Assembly: GCA_964551965.1 (NCBI GenBank)
Contig: CAZKFB010000003.1
Coordinates: 1-59,130, forward strand
Reading direction: 5' to 3'
Length of the DNA stretch: 59,130 nt
Origin: an uncultured Muribaculaceae bacterium
Lineage (GTDB): Bacteria > Bacillota_I > Bacilli_A > RF39 > UBA660
A program made the position numbers and the translations under genes. The notes under the pieces were generated by a model. That model did not search any database and was not told the DNA's origin. It saw only the letters and a program-made list of their open reading frames with translations. Numbering within the stretch: the stretch's first letter is position 1; the number at the start of each line of letters is the position of its first letter. Positions 58,316 through 59,130 of this stretch are shown in pieces.

Positions 58316-59130
58316 ATGAAAAAAAGAAATATAATGATATTGGTACTGTTACTGGCAATTGGTTTTGCTGCAGTATCAACAACACTTACATTAAATGGTA
58401 CACTTAATATAGGAGAAAACACGCAAGACTTTGATGTATATTTTAGTAAGTCTATAGAAGATGGAGTAGAGAATAAAAAACTAATAAAAGATGATACACA
58501 TTTAGAGTTTACAAAAGATATGAGTCTAGTAGGAGATACATATACATTAGAATATGATGTAACAAATGGATCAAGAAACTATGATGCAGAAATAACTATT
58601 AACTGTACAGAATCAAATGAGTATTTGAGTGTTACAAATGAATTTGATACAACATCTAACTTATTAGCAACAGAAACAAGAAGAGGAAAGTTAACAATAG
58701 AAGTATTAAAACCTTATGTAGGAACTGAAAGTGAACCAACAAAAGACATAAGTATAACATGTGAAATAGTAGGAAGTGTAGTAGAAAGAGATTCATTAGG
58801 TGAGGGTACACCAGCCGATAAAGTAAAACAAAGTAATTGGACAATAACAGGAGACAATGACAATAATGGAGAAGTATCAAAAGGTGATTTAATAACACTA
58901 GATACAGAATCATTCTATGTTTATGATATAGATGGAGATAATGTAAAAGCTATAAGTCAATATAACTTACTTGTAGGAAGTTATAATGTAACAAATCCAA
59001 CAGGATTACAAGACGCAACTGCACTTGGATATAAAAGTGGAGTAACAACAGTAGGAACAGTAGCCTATGATTCAACATCACCTTATAGTAATGTCTATGA
59101 AACAAGTGAAATAAAGACATATGTAGATGC
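58316..59130 (+). CDS. Secreted/surface beta-rich protein, 3' truncated by window edge, not in ORF track
   Basis: GAAGGG RBS; MKKRNIMILVLLLAIGFAAVSTTLTLNG signal; frame open to window end. Confidence 0.85.
   Translation, partial: MKKRNIMILVLLLAIGFAAVSTTLTLNGTLNIGENTQDFDVYFSKSIEDGVENKKLIKDDTHLEFTKDMSLVGDTYTLEYDVTNGSRNYDAEITINCTESNEYLSVTNEFDTTSNLLATETRRGKLTIEVLKPYVGTESEPTKDISITCEIVGSVVERDSLGEGTPADKVKQSNWTITGDNDNNGEVSKGDLITLDTESFYVYDIDGDNVKAISQYNLLVGSYNVTNPTGLQDATALGYKSGVTTVGTVAYDSTSPYSNVYETSEIKTYVD

Noticed and set aside
58656-58913. 85-aa minus-strand Leu-rich ORF
   Set aside because: Shadow of the open plus-strand surface-protein gene.
1-59130. Genetic code 4 or AGG reassignment
   Set aside because: Long conserved genes have no in-frame TGA and use TGG for Trp; AGG sits at conserved Arg positions in fhs and ugd. 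CGG/CGA use was not tallied.

Overview
AT-rich chromosomal window from a Gram-positive-type Bacilli/Firmicute with compact intergenic regions. The lineage is an inference from gene content (it resembles reduced-genome uncultured gut Bacilli); ORFs read in genetic code 11. The left half (about 1-30.7 kb) is accessory-rich. It holds orphan proteins with kinase, transglutaminase-like and zincin motifs, a HipA-like kinase with an overlapping partner, a CatA-like acetyltransferase, five ABC transporter units, and a promoter/terminator/26-aa ORF/terminator leader. It also holds an adenylosuccinate-synthetase-family gene with phage PurZ/PurZ0 signatures (Ser for the catalytic Asp, MPNAGH, TTVTKxxRR) and a ~100-aa insertion, followed by a SAM methyltransferase and an HhH-GPD glycosylase-like gene, with no recognisable phage genes in the window. 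After tRNA-Gly(GCC) the content is more housekeeping: LTA synthase, fhs, CtpA, spo0A, a ClpC-like ATPase with a degenerate second module, cysS, prsA, two YjcZ-type spore peptides and a small EPS cluster. By hand tally only 1 of 61 stop codons is TGA. No CRISPR array, rRNA, integrase or IS was seen. All family calls come from motif recognition; no database search was run.
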